A DNA stretch of 64,000 bases from Eubacteriales bacterium (GTDB lineage: Bacteria > Bacillota > Clostridia > Oscillospirales > CAG-272): contig JAZRFK010000060.1 of assembly GCA_045661325.1 (NCBI GenBank), positions 258-64,257 on the forward strand, written 5' to 3'. The notes below the pieces were generated by a model. The model was not told the origin of the DNA. It saw only the letters and a list, made by a program, of their open reading frames with translations, and made no database searches. Shown here one piece after another: positions 27,821 to 36,109 of this stretch (the stretch's first letter is position 1; each line of letters starts with the position of its first letter). A program made the position numbers and the translations under genes.

Positions 27821-27975
27821 TGTTTTTCCCTCGCAACCTCGGAAGCTTTCTCGCGCCACAAGGACGCATCATAATAAAGTTATTGTACCACACATTTTCC
27901 AATTTTTCAACACAATTCCGAAGATTTTTAAAAGAAACGCATTTTTTTCTCTTTTTTCTTTTTCGGGCATAGGAC

Positions 27976-28004
27976 TTGCAATTTTTTTGCCTTTGTGCTA
28001 CAAT
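27976..28004 (+). promoter_or_regulatory. sigma-A promoter
   Basis: TTGCAA (27976-27981), 17-nt spacer ending in TGc, then TACAAT (27999-28004). Confidence 0.6.
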
Positions 28005-28060
28005 ATAATATATTTTTATGGCCTATTCCCCGCCGTTTTTTCGGCAGAACGGAGATTTTT

Positions 28061-28501
28061 ATGAAAAACACCTCTCTTATGGCGGCCGTTTCGCGTTTTT
28101 TGATGCGCGCAACCGCCCTTTGCGTCACCCTGACCTTCAGCTTTTTCGTTGCTTTTGCCATTATCAACGGCGGATTTGCCTTGGCTGCAATGCCCTTCTC
28201 TCGCTTTTTGTTTATCTTCCTCTTTTCACTTGCCGTTATAGCCGCCCTGCCGCTTTTGAAGCTTCCGCTTCCCTACGGCACGCGCGCCTTGCTCCATTAC
28301 CTCGCCACCATTCTTTCCCTCTTTTTGCTCTTTACGGGCGTTGGCGCTCTTTCCTTTAAGAGAACGAGCGGCATTATCGCCTTCTTTATCTTCTTCTCGC
28401 TTCTGTACGCCATCGTCTTCGGTCTTGTTGCCCTCCTTACCCGCCGCAAGAAAAAGGCCAAGAAGGAAAAGGAAGAGCCCAAATACGAGAAGATGTTTTA
28501 A
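28061..28501 (+). CDS. hypothetical multi-pass membrane protein
   Basis: ORF 27995..28501 trimmed to ATG 28061 (GGAG at 28051-28054). Four hydrophobic helices and a Lys-rich tail. Confidence 0.6.
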   Translation: MKNTSLMAAVSRFLMRATALCVTLTFSFFVAFAIINGGFALAAMPFSRFLFIFLFSLAVIAALPLLKLPLPYGTRALLHYLATILSLFLLFTGVGALSFKRTSGIIAFFIFFSLLYAIVFGLVALLTRRKKKAKKEKEEPKYEKMF

Positions 28502-28568
28502 GTCCACAGCGGAAAAATCTATCAAGAAGGAAACTTTCTCTACGGGAAAGCCACGGTTATAAAAAAAG

Positions 28569-29669
28569 ATGAAAAAAGGATTGTTCATCCTTGCAGCTCT
28601 GCTTTTGGTATGTCTTGCGCTTTGCTTTACGGCTTGCGGCCCAGCTGACAACGGGCAAGAAGAACATACCCACACCTTTAACCTGCAAAATACAAGGAAT
28701 ATGTATATAAAGCACGTAGCCACCTGCACGAGCGCGGCTGAATATTTTTATTCCTGCGAATGCGGTGAGGCAGGTATTGACACCTTCAAAAGCGGTGCGC
28801 CTATTCCCCATACCTATGACCGACAAAACACAGATGGAAAATATTTGAAGACTGTAGCGTCCTGCACAAGTGCGGCTGAATACTATTATTCCTGTGCGTG
28901 TGGCGAGGCAAGCACCGACACCTTCCAAAGCGGTGAGCCTTCCCACACCTTTGACCTGCAAAACGCGGAGGACAAGTATATAAAGACTGCCGCTTCCTGC
29001 ACGAGCGCGGCTGAATATTTTTATTCTTGCAAGTGTGGTCTGGCAGGTACGGACACCTTCAAAAGCGGTGAGCCTCTTCCGCATACCTATGACCAAAAAA
29101 ATACGGATGACAAGTATCTGAAAACAGCAGCTTCCTGTACAAGCGCGGCTAAGTATTATTATTCCTGTGCGTGCGGCGAGGCGGGTACCACTACCTTTAT
29201 ACTTTATGGCACATCGTTAGGCCACGATATTGAATGGTCGGCAGACGAAAATTATGTATACGGCAACTGTCGAAATCAAGGATGCACAGAAGCGTACCAA
29301 GAAGTATCTACTTTGACCTTTTCCGCCAACGGTGACGGCACCTACGCGCTGGTTGACTGTGGTGGTGGGTACTGGAACTCTGGCTTCCCCTATGTTATCA
29401 TTCCTTCTACCTTTAAGGGCTGCGCCGTTACAACTATTGAAAGCGGCGCGCTTGTCGGACTGTATACCATGACGATTCCTGAGTCTGTTACGCTGATAAA
29501 ATCGGGAGCCATAAGAGATCCCGATCCTGAGCTTCAGGAAATCTATTACGGGGGAACAATTGACGACTGGAACAACATCACAAAGGAAAGCGGTTGGATG
29601 CCTACTTCTCCTTTTGACCTAGCGCCCGACTTTACGATTTGGTGCAGTGACGGAAACATTACGCCTTAA
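28569..29669 (+). CDS. lipoprotein with four Cys-containing tandem repeats, a short BspA-type LRR region and the same C-terminal cap motif as the 56.5-63.7 kb cluster
   Basis: Signal peptide plus lipobox (LALCFTAC). It has four repeats of H-T-(F/Y)-D..N....Y(I/L)KT.A.CTSAAEY(F/Y)YSC.CGEAG.DTF.SG.P, then IPSTFKGCAVTTIESGAL...IPESVTLIKSGAI, and ends IYYGGTIDDWNNITKESGW...IWCSDGNITP. Confidence 0.75.
   Translation: MKKGLFILAALLLVCLALCFTACGPADNGQEEHTHTFNLQNTRNMYIKHVATCTSAAEYFYSCECGEAGIDTFKSGAPIPHTYDRQNTDGKYLKTVASCTSAAEYYYSCACGEASTDTFQSGEPSHTFDLQNAEDKYIKTAASCTSAAEYFYSCKCGLAGTDTFKSGEPLPHTYDQKNTDDKYLKTAASCTSAAKYYYSCACGEAGTTTFILYGTSLGHDIEWSADENYVYGNCRNQGCTEAYQEVSTLTFSANGDGTYALVDCGGGYWNSGFPYVIIPSTFKGCAVTTIESGALVGLYTMTIPESVTLIKSGAIRDPDPELQEIYYGGTIDDWNNITKESGWMPTSPFDLAPDFTIWCSDGNITP
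28671..29222 (+). repeat. four in-frame tandem repeats of about 135-141 bp (45-47 aa Cys-x10-Cys-x-Cys module)
   Basis: Repeat units start at 28671, 28809, 28944 and 29082 (each at an HT(F/Y) codon pair). They are clearly related at both protein and DNA level. Confidence 0.85.
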
Positions 29670-29723
29670 AGGCATATAGTATTGCACCGATGGGAATTTG
29701 ACGAAATAAAGAAGAAATATGGT

Positions 29724-29754
29724 AGAAGCCGACGCGGTGCGTCGGCTTCTTTTT
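29724..29754 (+). terminator. rho-independent terminator of the lipoprotein gene (hairpin 1 of the array region)
   Basis: 12-bp stem AGAAGCCGACGC / GCGTCGGCTTCT with loop GGT, followed by TTTT. Confidence 0.8.
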
Positions 29755-29943
29755 GTGAAGTTTCCGAGAACGGGCGGCGCGCGTTCTCGGAAGTGAAGTT
29801 CATGCAAAACTACGGTGTAGGTTTGCATGAGTGAAGTTTGGAAGAAAGGGCTTTGCGCTTTCTTCCAAGTGAAGTTAAAACCGCCCAAGGCGAGTGGCAT
29901 CGCTTTGGGCGGTTTTAGTTGCGTTTGCCCTTTGGGCAAACGC
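29755..29943. repeat. periodic array: GTGAAGTT octamer x4 at an exact 38-bp period, separated by unrelated 30-nt palindromes, then two further hairpins
   Basis: GTGAAGTT occurs at 29755, 29793, 29831 and 29869. The variable 30-mers 29763-29792, 29801-29830 and 29839-29868 each fold into 9-11 bp stems with no similarity to each other. A 40-nt hairpin follows at 29877-29916, then AGTT, then a 23-nt hairpin at 29921-29943. Confidence 0.85.
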
Positions 29944-29944
29944 A

Positions 29945-31273
29945 TCAAATATCGAGGCGCAGGAGGTCCGAGAGGGATTCTCTTTTGACGACTAAACGCG
30001 TGTCCTTTTCCGTGAGGAAAACGACGGGGGGGCGAGGGATGCGGTTATAGTTCATTGCCATGGAGTAGTTATAGGCGCCTGTGGTTAAGCAGGCGAGGAT
30101 ATTGCCACGGCTAATGGTGTCAGGCAGGGGGACGTTCTCTTGGAGAATATCGCCGCTTTCACAGCATCTGCCGACCACCGAGGCGGTCATATCTCTTGCG
30201 GCGTTCATATTGTCGGCGGGCAGGAGGGTGTAGGCGGAGCGATAGAGAGCGTAACGGGGGTTATCGGTCATACCGCCGTCCACAGACACGTAATTCTTAT
30301 AGCCCGTGATTCTCTTGACGGTGCCGACGGTATAGAGGGTCATACCCGCGTCTGCTACCATACTGCGACCGGGCTCCAAGAGGATTTTCGGCAGGCTAAT
30401 GCCGAGGGCCTTGGCAGTTTCCTTGGCACGCTTCCCTACCGCCTTGATATTCTCGGCGATGGAAAGGGCGGGATCGCTTTCGGTATAACGGACACCGTAG
30501 CCGCCGCCAAGGTCAAGCTCCTCAATTTTATACGCGCATACCCTTTGGATATGGGCAACGAAGGAAAGCATAATGTCCACCGTCTGCAAAAAGACGTCCG
30601 GCTCGAAGACCTGAGAGCCTACGTGGCAATGGAAGCCGGCCAAATGAATATGAGAGAAGGCAGAGGAGAGCGCAAGACGCACCATTTCCTCAGCTTGTCC
30701 CGTTTCGATGGCGGATCCGAATTTGGAATCCACCTTGCCCGTGGCAACGGCGGCATAGGTATGGGGGTCAATACCGGGGGTGATGCGAAGCAGAACCTTT
30801 TGCGTAACGCTTTGCTCTGCCGCTTCCCTTTCGATAGCGTACAGCTCCTCGGCGTTATCCACCACGAAGGCGCCGATGCCGTTTTCTATGGCGAAGCGGA
30901 TATCCTCATCCGTTTTGTTATTGGAATGGAAATAGGCGCGCTCCAAGGGGAAGCCTGCGGCAAGGGCGGTGGCTATCTCACCGGAGGACACCACGTCAAT
31001 GCCCATGTTTTCTTCCTTCATAATTTCCAAGAGCGCCTTAAAGCAGGCGGCCTTGGATGCGTAAAGAACGCGGGCGTTCTCTCCGAAGGCTGCTTTTACC
31101 GCATTTTGATAGAGTGCGGCACGGGCGCGGATAAGCCCCTCGTCATAGAGGTAAAGAGGGGTGCCGTACTGCTTTGCTAAATCCACGGTATCCCAGCCTG
31201 CCAAGCACAGATGGCCCTTTTCATTGACAGAGAGATTGTCACAAATCAGCTCTTTCTTGCGTAATTCTACCAT
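29945..31273 (-). CDS. lysA: diaminopimelate decarboxylase
   Basis: 442 aa with a PLP fold-III decarboxylase layout (YGTPLYLYDE, GGG.GV.Y, CESGD). Confidence 0.9.
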   Translation of the reverse strand: MVELRKKELICDNLSVNEKGHLCLAGWDTVDLAKQYGTPLYLYDEGLIRARAALYQNAVKAAFGENARVLYASKAACFKALLEIMKEENMGIDVVSSGEIATALAAGFPLERAYFHSNNKTDEDIRFAIENGIGAFVVDNAEELYAIEREAAEQSVTQKVLLRITPGIDPHTYAAVATGKVDSKFGSAIETGQAEEMVRLALSSAFSHIHLAGFHCHVGSQVFEPDVFLQTVDIMLSFVAHIQRVCAYKIEELDLGGGYGVRYTESDPALSIAENIKAVGKRAKETAKALGISLPKILLEPGRSMVADAGMTLYTVGTVKRITGYKNYVSVDGGMTDNPRYALYRSAYTLLPADNMNAARDMTASVVGRCCESGDILQENVPLPDTISRGNILACLTTGAYNYSMAMNYNRIPRPPVVFLTEKDTRLVVKRESLSDLLRLDI

Positions 31274-31297
31274 AGTAAAATTCCTTTATTTGACGGT

Positions 31298-32278
31298 TTA
31301 AAGATAATGCGCCCGAAGCTCCTCGGCAGAAAGGGTTGACAAATCAGCGGGAGCGATGTCAAAGACGGTTTTACAGCCATAGCTTCCTCTTTGGCTCATT
31401 TTAAAGATGGCACGGGCATACGCCAAAAGCACGGAGGCTGTAAATTCGGGATTGGAATCGAGCGCGAGACTATATTCGATGGTATGAGCATTTTCGCCGT
31501 TAACACCCGTTCTACCCGTGCGAATCACGCTTCCGCCGTGCGGCATACCGCTATGGTTCTGCTTTAATTCCTCGGCGGTGATAAAGGTAACGGTGGTATT
31601 ATAATCGGCAAAATAGTTGGGCATTTCCTTGATTTCTTTTTCAATTCTTGCCAAATCCGCGCCTTCCTCTGCCACAACAAAGCATTCACGCGTATGCTTT
31701 TCTCGGGTGGAAAGCGAGGGCATCTTTCCTTCGCGCACCGCGGCAAGCGCCTCGGGCACGGGAACGGTATACTGTCTTGCATCAAGCACGCCGTCGATAC
31801 GGCGAATGGCGTCAGAATGGCCCTGGCTGATGCCGCGACCCCAGAAGGTGTAATCTTGGCCTTGGGGAAGGACGGCAGAGGCATAGACACGCGCCAAGGA
31901 GAAGAGACCGGGATCCCAGCCTGCCGAGATCAAGGCGGTATGCCCCGTTGCCGCAGCGGCGGCATTGACAGCATCAAAGTGCGTGGGAATTTTAGCGTGC
32001 GTATCGAAGCTATCTACCACGTTGAAATCCTTTGCAAGCAGAGGCGTTAGAACGGGAAGGTCCGTAGCACTTCCGCCACAGAGCAAAATCACGTCAATTT
32101 GGCCCTTAAAGGAAGAGAGTGCATCGGCAGAATAAACGGCGACACCCTCGGGCGCCTTCACGCTTTCGGGGGGGCGGCGGGTGAAGATACCCACTAACTC
32201 CACGTCCTCTGCCGCTTTGGCGGCGGCGTACACACCGCGACCCAGATTTCCATATCCGTAAATTGCAATCTTCATCAT
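31298..32278 (-). CDS. ddh: meso-diaminopimelate D-dehydrogenase
   Basis: Collinear with Corynebacterium Ddh as remembered: IAIYGYGNLGRGV, GWDPG.FS..RVY, FWG.G.SQGHSDA.RRI.GV, MPHGG.VI, NPEFTAS. Confidence 0.9.
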   Translation of the reverse strand: MMKIAIYGYGNLGRGVYAAAKAAEDVELVGIFTRRPPESVKAPEGVAVYSADALSSFKGQIDVILLCGGSATDLPVLTPLLAKDFNVVDSFDTHAKIPTHFDAVNAAAAATGHTALISAGWDPGLFSLARVYASAVLPQGQDYTFWGRGISQGHSDAIRRIDGVLDARQYTVPVPEALAAVREGKMPSLSTREKHTRECFVVAEEGADLARIEKEIKEMPNYFADYNTTVTFITAEELKQNHSGMPHGGSVIRTGRTGVNGENAHTIEYSLALDSNPEFTASVLLAYARAIFKMSQRGSYGCKTVFDIAPADLSTLSAEELRAHYL

Positions 32279-32292
32279 TTTCTTATTATGGC

Positions 32293-33042
32293 TTACACCA
32301 TATCCTTCATAGAATAAAGACCTGCCTCTTTTCCAACGAGAAAAGCGGCGGCGGCCAAGGCACCCTCGGCAAAGAGGGCGCGGCTATGCGCCTCGTGCTT
32401 CAAGGTGATGGTTTGGTTTTGGGTAGCCACGATAACCTCGTGCTCCCCAACAACGTTGCCCATACGCAAGGAATGAATACCGATTTCCTCTTTGGTTCTG
32501 GGGGCGTGACCGCTTCTGCCCATAACGGTAAAGGCCTCGGGGCGCACCTCGATGATGCCGTTTGCCAGCATCAATGCCGTGCCGCTGGGCGCGTCTATTT
32601 TTCTATCGTGGTGCTTTTCAATAATTTCAATTTCCGCTTCGGGAAGAGCGGCGGCCGTTTTCTTGGCAAGCTCCAAGAGGAGCGCAACGCCATAGGACAT
32701 ATTGGCAGAGAAAAAGACGGGGATTTCCTTGGCCGCCTCGACAATAGCAGCAAGCTCTGCCTCGTTCTGCCCCGTGGTTGCCACCACAACGGGCGTTTTG
32801 GTTTCCTTGGCGTAGGCAAGCAGGGGGAATATCGCCGAATGGTGCGAGAAATCAACGATAACCTCGGCCTTTTCGCGAATATCCGCAAAATCGGTATAAC
32901 AGGGGACGCTGCCCTCCTTGACGGAGATATCAACGCCTGCCACGAGCGAAGCGCCACGGTAGCCCGCTTCACAAAGGGCGGCTACCTCTTTTCCCATATG
33001 GCCGTTAATGCCACAGAGCAACACGTTCATAGTCATTTTCAA
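32293..33042 (-). CDS. dapB: 4-hydroxy-tetrahydrodipicolinate reductase
   Basis: Motif EIIEKHHDRKIDAPSGTAL. 249 aa. Located between dapA and ddh. Confidence 0.9.
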   Translation of the reverse strand: MKMTMNVLLCGINGHMGKEVAALCEAGYRGASLVAGVDISVKEGSVPCYTDFADIREKAEVIVDFSHHSAIFPLLAYAKETKTPVVVATTGQNEAELAAIVEAAKEIPVFFSANMSYGVALLLELAKKTAAALPEAEIEIIEKHHDRKIDAPSGTALMLANGIIEVRPEAFTVMGRSGHAPRTKEEIGIHSLRMGNVVGEHEVIVATQNQTITLKHEAHSRALFAEGALAAAAFLVGKEAGLYSMKDMV

Positions 33043-33069
33043 CCCAAAGGGGTTGCCTTTCTTTTAAAA

Positions 33070-33957
33070 TCAGACGGAAAGACCTGCTTTTCTCATCAGG
33101 GAGAGGAGATTTTCTCTGTTTTTCGGCTCCATCGGAGTCAAGGGCAGGCGCAAATAATCGTCACAGAAGCCCATAGCGGCCATTGCGGCCTTGACGGGAA
33201 TGGGGTTGACCTCCGAGAAGAGCGCGTCAATCAAGTCGATATAGTCAAGCTGCATTTTGGCGGCCTCCTTGGTCTTACCCTCTAAATAGAGATGACACAT
33301 CTCGGAGGTTTCGCGAGGCAGAAGGTTGGAAAGCACGGAGATAACGCCCTGTCCACCAAGCGAGAGAACAGGGATAATCTGGTCATCATTTCCCGAATAG
33401 ATGGCTATCTCGTCACCAACAAGAGAGGCAAGCTTGGCAATCTGGGAAATGTTACCCGAAGCCTCCTTAACGCCGACGATATAAGGATTTTTGGCAAGAC
33501 GCGCCACCGTTTCGGGCATAAGGTTGCAGCCCGTACGGGAGGGAACGTTGTAAAGAATACAAGGAATCTTTATCTCGTTTGCCACAGCCTCAAAGGAGAT
33601 TTCCATACCCTTTTGGGTTGCTTTATTATAGTAGGGGGTAACGAGCAAGAGCGCGTCAGATCCAACCTCGGCGGCGTAACGCGAAAGCTCTACGGCATAG
33701 GCGGTATCATTGGATCCCGTGCCTGCGATAACGGGAACGCGGCCCTTTACCTGCTCAACGCAAAAGCGAATGGCCTCCTTATGCTCCTCGTCCGTAAGCG
33801 TGGATCCCTCGCCCGTAGTTCCGACGGCAACGATAGCGTCAATCTTCTCGGAGATTTGCCATTCAAGCAAATCCGAAAACTTATCGTAATCAATTCCCTT
33901 TTCGGAGAGAGGGGTGACGATAGCGGTTGCAGCGCCCTTAAAAATCATATCTTTCAT
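33070..33957 (-). CDS. dapA: 4-hydroxy-tetrahydrodipicolinate synthase
   Basis: ORF 33070..33981 trimmed to ATG 33957 (GGAGAAAACCA upstream). Motifs GTTGEGSTLT and the active-site region GVKEASG. 295 aa. Confidence 0.9.
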   Translation of the reverse strand: MKDMIFKGAATAIVTPLSEKGIDYDKFSDLLEWQISEKIDAIVAVGTTGEGSTLTDEEHKEAIRFCVEQVKGRVPVIAGTGSNDTAYAVELSRYAAEVGSDALLLVTPYYNKATQKGMEISFEAVANEIKIPCILYNVPSRTGCNLMPETVARLAKNPYIVGVKEASGNISQIAKLASLVGDEIAIYSGNDDQIIPVLSLGGQGVISVLSNLLPRETSEMCHLYLEGKTKEAAKMQLDYIDLIDALFSEVNPIPVKAAMAAMGFCDDYLRLPLTPMEPKNRENLLSLMRKAGLSV

Positions 33958-34008
33958 TGGTTTTCTCCATTCCGTTGCCAAGTGGGCAACTCATTTTTTC
34001 CTTAAAAC

Positions 34009-34216
34009 AAAAAAGACAGCCATATGGCTATCCCACAATACTCCCAAGAATATCAAGGATAGCTCTCCGCATTTCTGCGACAACAGTGCAAATCTTATTT
34101 GAACTGCCAGCAAGACGCTTGCCACAACGCTCACTTCGGCACCCGACCCCTTTCCCACGCGGCTTTGGCAGCCGTTCTTTCGCGGTACTCTTTGTAAGGT
34201 GCGCCTCTATCTCCAC
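34009..34216 (-). promoter_or_regulatory. lysine riboswitch (L-box) with terminator, leader of dapA-dapB-ddh-lysA
   Basis: The minus strand reads GGAGATAGAGGCGC...GAGTA...GGGAAAGGGGTCGGGTGCCGAAG...GCTGGCAG...CACTGTTGTCGCAG...GGAGAGCTATCC. The hairpin GATAGCCATATGGCTGTC plus TTTTTT follows. The conserved L-box blocks (AGAGGnGC, GAGTA, GAAAGGGG, GCCGAAG) are in the right order. Confidence 0.8.
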
Positions 34217-34239
34217 TGTTTTACCAGTTTGATGGACTT

Positions 34240-34268
34240 ATTTTATCATATCGTGTTGCGTTTGTCAA
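34240..34268 (-). promoter_or_regulatory. sigma-A promoter of the lysine-riboswitch operon
   Basis: Minus strand: TTGACA (34268-34263), 17-nt spacer, TAAAAT (34245-34240). Confidence 0.6.
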
Positions 34269-34349
34269 TAGCCTTTCTTTACATATTTCCATATTATTGA
34301 GGAATAAAAGACGCCCCCGTTCTCTTTTAAGGAACGGGGGCAGAGATTT

Positions 34350-35465
34350 TTAGTTGCTGCGTCTATGCTCTTGGAGGAGCTTATGGATTCTCTTGGAATG
34401 GTCAAGCAGACCGCTGATGCTCTGATCGTGATTCAAGGTATCGATGAGGTAAGCCACGTACTTGCACATATTGACCTCGCAGTACCATTCTCTTTGCAGA
34501 AGCTCGGGGGTACGGTAAATGAGGTTGGTGGTGAACACCTTGGTCAAGAGACCGTCAGCATATGCCTTGTCCATATTGTCAAGCGTGTTGCAGAAGAGAC
34601 CGAAGGTGGCAAATACGAAGACGCGGTTAGCGCCTCTTTCCTTGAGCTGCTGCGCAACGTCAATAATAGAGTCACCCGAGGAAATCATATCGTCAACAAC
34701 GATAACGTCCATTCCCGTCAGGTCGCGGCCGAGGTACTCGTGCGCCTCAATGGGATTCTTGCCGTTAACAACGATGGAATAGTTGCGGCGCTTATAGAAC
34801 ATACCCAAGTCAATGCCGAGCATAGAGGAATAGTACATACATCTTCCCATTGCGCCTTCATCGGGAGAGACAATCATGATCTTCTCCTTGTCGAAGGTGA
34901 TGTCGGGATAGGTATGAACCATTGCCTTAATCATCTGATAGCAGGAGCGCACGTTATCAAATCCGCTGAGGGGAATGGCGTTTTGTACGCGAGGATCGTG
35001 CGCGTCAAAGGTGATGAAGTTGGTTACACCCATATTGATAAGCTCCTGCAAAGCAACGGCACAGTCCAAGGACTCGCGGCCCGAGCGCTTGTGCTGTCTG
35101 CCCTCATAGAGCATAGGCATTACAACGGAAATTCTTCTTGCCTTACCGCCAATAGCAGCGATAATGCGCTTCAAGTCGGCAAAATGCTCATCGGGGCTCA
35201 TAGGAACCTCTTTGCCGTACATCTGATAGGTTACGCCATGGTTAAAGCAATCGCAGATAATATACACGTCATTTCCGCGCATAGAATGGGCAACCATACC
35301 CTTTGCCTCACCGCTACCAAAGCGAGGGCAAGTGGCCTCAACCAAGAAGGTCTCCTCATTGTCGTGACGGCGCCATTCCTTCAAATAGGCATCCACCTGG
35401 GCGACAAAGGACTCACATCCCTTCATACCGATGACGTTTAATTCTCCATAAAGCGATTCTTTCAT
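34350..35465 (-). CDS. ribose-phosphate pyrophosphokinase family protein (long form)
   Basis: ORF trimmed to ATG 35465 (GAGGGGGAAATGCT upstream). PRPP-binding loop VIVVDDMISSGDS and Prs-like core (FDAHDPRVQN). Confidence 0.7.
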   Translation of the reverse strand: MKESLYGELNVIGMKGCESFVAQVDAYLKEWRRHDNEETFLVEATCPRFGSGEAKGMVAHSMRGNDVYIICDCFNHGVTYQMYGKEVPMSPDEHFADLKRIIAAIGGKARRISVVMPMLYEGRQHKRSGRESLDCAVALQELINMGVTNFITFDAHDPRVQNAIPLSGFDNVRSCYQMIKAMVHTYPDITFDKEKIMIVSPDEGAMGRCMYYSSMLGIDLGMFYKRRNYSIVVNGKNPIEAHEYLGRDLTGMDVIVVDDMISSGDSIIDVAQQLKERGANRVFVFATFGLFCNTLDNMDKAYADGLLTKVFTTNLIYRTPELLQREWYCEVNMCKYVAYLIDTLNHDQSISGLLDHSKRIHKLLQEHRRSN

Positions 35466-35696
35466 AGCATTTCCCCCTCTGATTTGTCCTTGAAAAGACA
35501 TACTTTTCTGTTTTTATTATAAGGGGAGAAGAAAAAAATGTCAAGTGGCAATCCGTACAAAAGGAGAAAAGTTTTCGGTTTTTTTTATTCGTTTATGACA
35601 AATCACGGTTTCGGCGCCCCCTTTCGACGCATTTTCGTGCCGACGGCATAGTATAATGATAGACGGCAAAATTGAAAAACGAAAGGAGAAGCCACG

Positions 35697-36098
35697 TTGG
35701 ACACACAAAGCAACGGGTATTTGACCGTTTTCGTCACGACCGCGCGCGAGGCCATTCCCATTGAAAATGCGATGGTACGCATTTCGGGCGAGGGGATTGA
35801 GGACATCGTTCGTTTTACGGATAAAAGCGGAAAGACGGAGAGAGTGCCCCTTCCTGCACCCGCGATTTCAAGCTCGGAGGCGCCGAACATAAAAACGCCC
35901 TTTTACACCTATCAGGTTTCCGTTTACAAGGAGGGATTTTACACGCAAAGAACAGAAAACGTTCCCGTGTTCCCCACCGTTTCGGCCACGCAGTCAGTCA
36001 ACCTTATCGGTCTTTCGGAATACAATTCCGACACCCTGTTTCCGATGCAAAGCACCGTCACCGTAAAAGACAATCCCCAAGTGCTTGACCGAAGTTAG
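35697..36098 (+). CDS. SleC N-terminal pre-region-like protein (carboxypeptidase-regulatory-like beta-sandwich)
   Basis: TTG start with AAAGGAGAAG upstream. NGYLTVFVTTAREAIPIENAMVRI resembles the N-terminus of clostridial SleC (DGFLTVSIIDATNNRPIQNAVVNI, from memory). Confidence 0.55.
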   Translation: MDTQSNGYLTVFVTTAREAIPIENAMVRISGEGIEDIVRFTDKSGKTERVPLPAPAISSSEAPNIKTPFYTYQVSVYKEGFYTQRTENVPVFPTVSATQSVNLIGLSEYNSDTLFPMQSTVTVKDNPQVLDRS

Positions 36099-36109
36099 AA
36101 AGGAGACCT

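Noticed and set aside
29755-29943. The octamer/palindrome array could be called a CRISPR array.
   Set aside because: The repeats are only 8-9 nt against a minimum of about 23 nt for CRISPR. The spacers are self-complementary. There are only four repeat copies, and no cas genes are in the window. I report it as an unexplained periodic array instead.
29619-29948. 109-aa minus-strand ORF spanning the hairpin array.
   Set aside because: It runs through six hairpins and the terminator of the lipoprotein gene. It has no RBS. The 38-bp period is out of frame, so the repeated DNA does not give a repeated peptide. It is a spurious ORF.
35537-35650. 37-codon ORF (MSSGNPYKRRKVFGFFYSF...) in the prs / sleC-like intergenic region.
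   Set aside because: It has only a weak RBS and a low-complexity basic/aromatic sequence. It overlaps the likely promoter region of the downstream gene. There is not enough evidence to call it.
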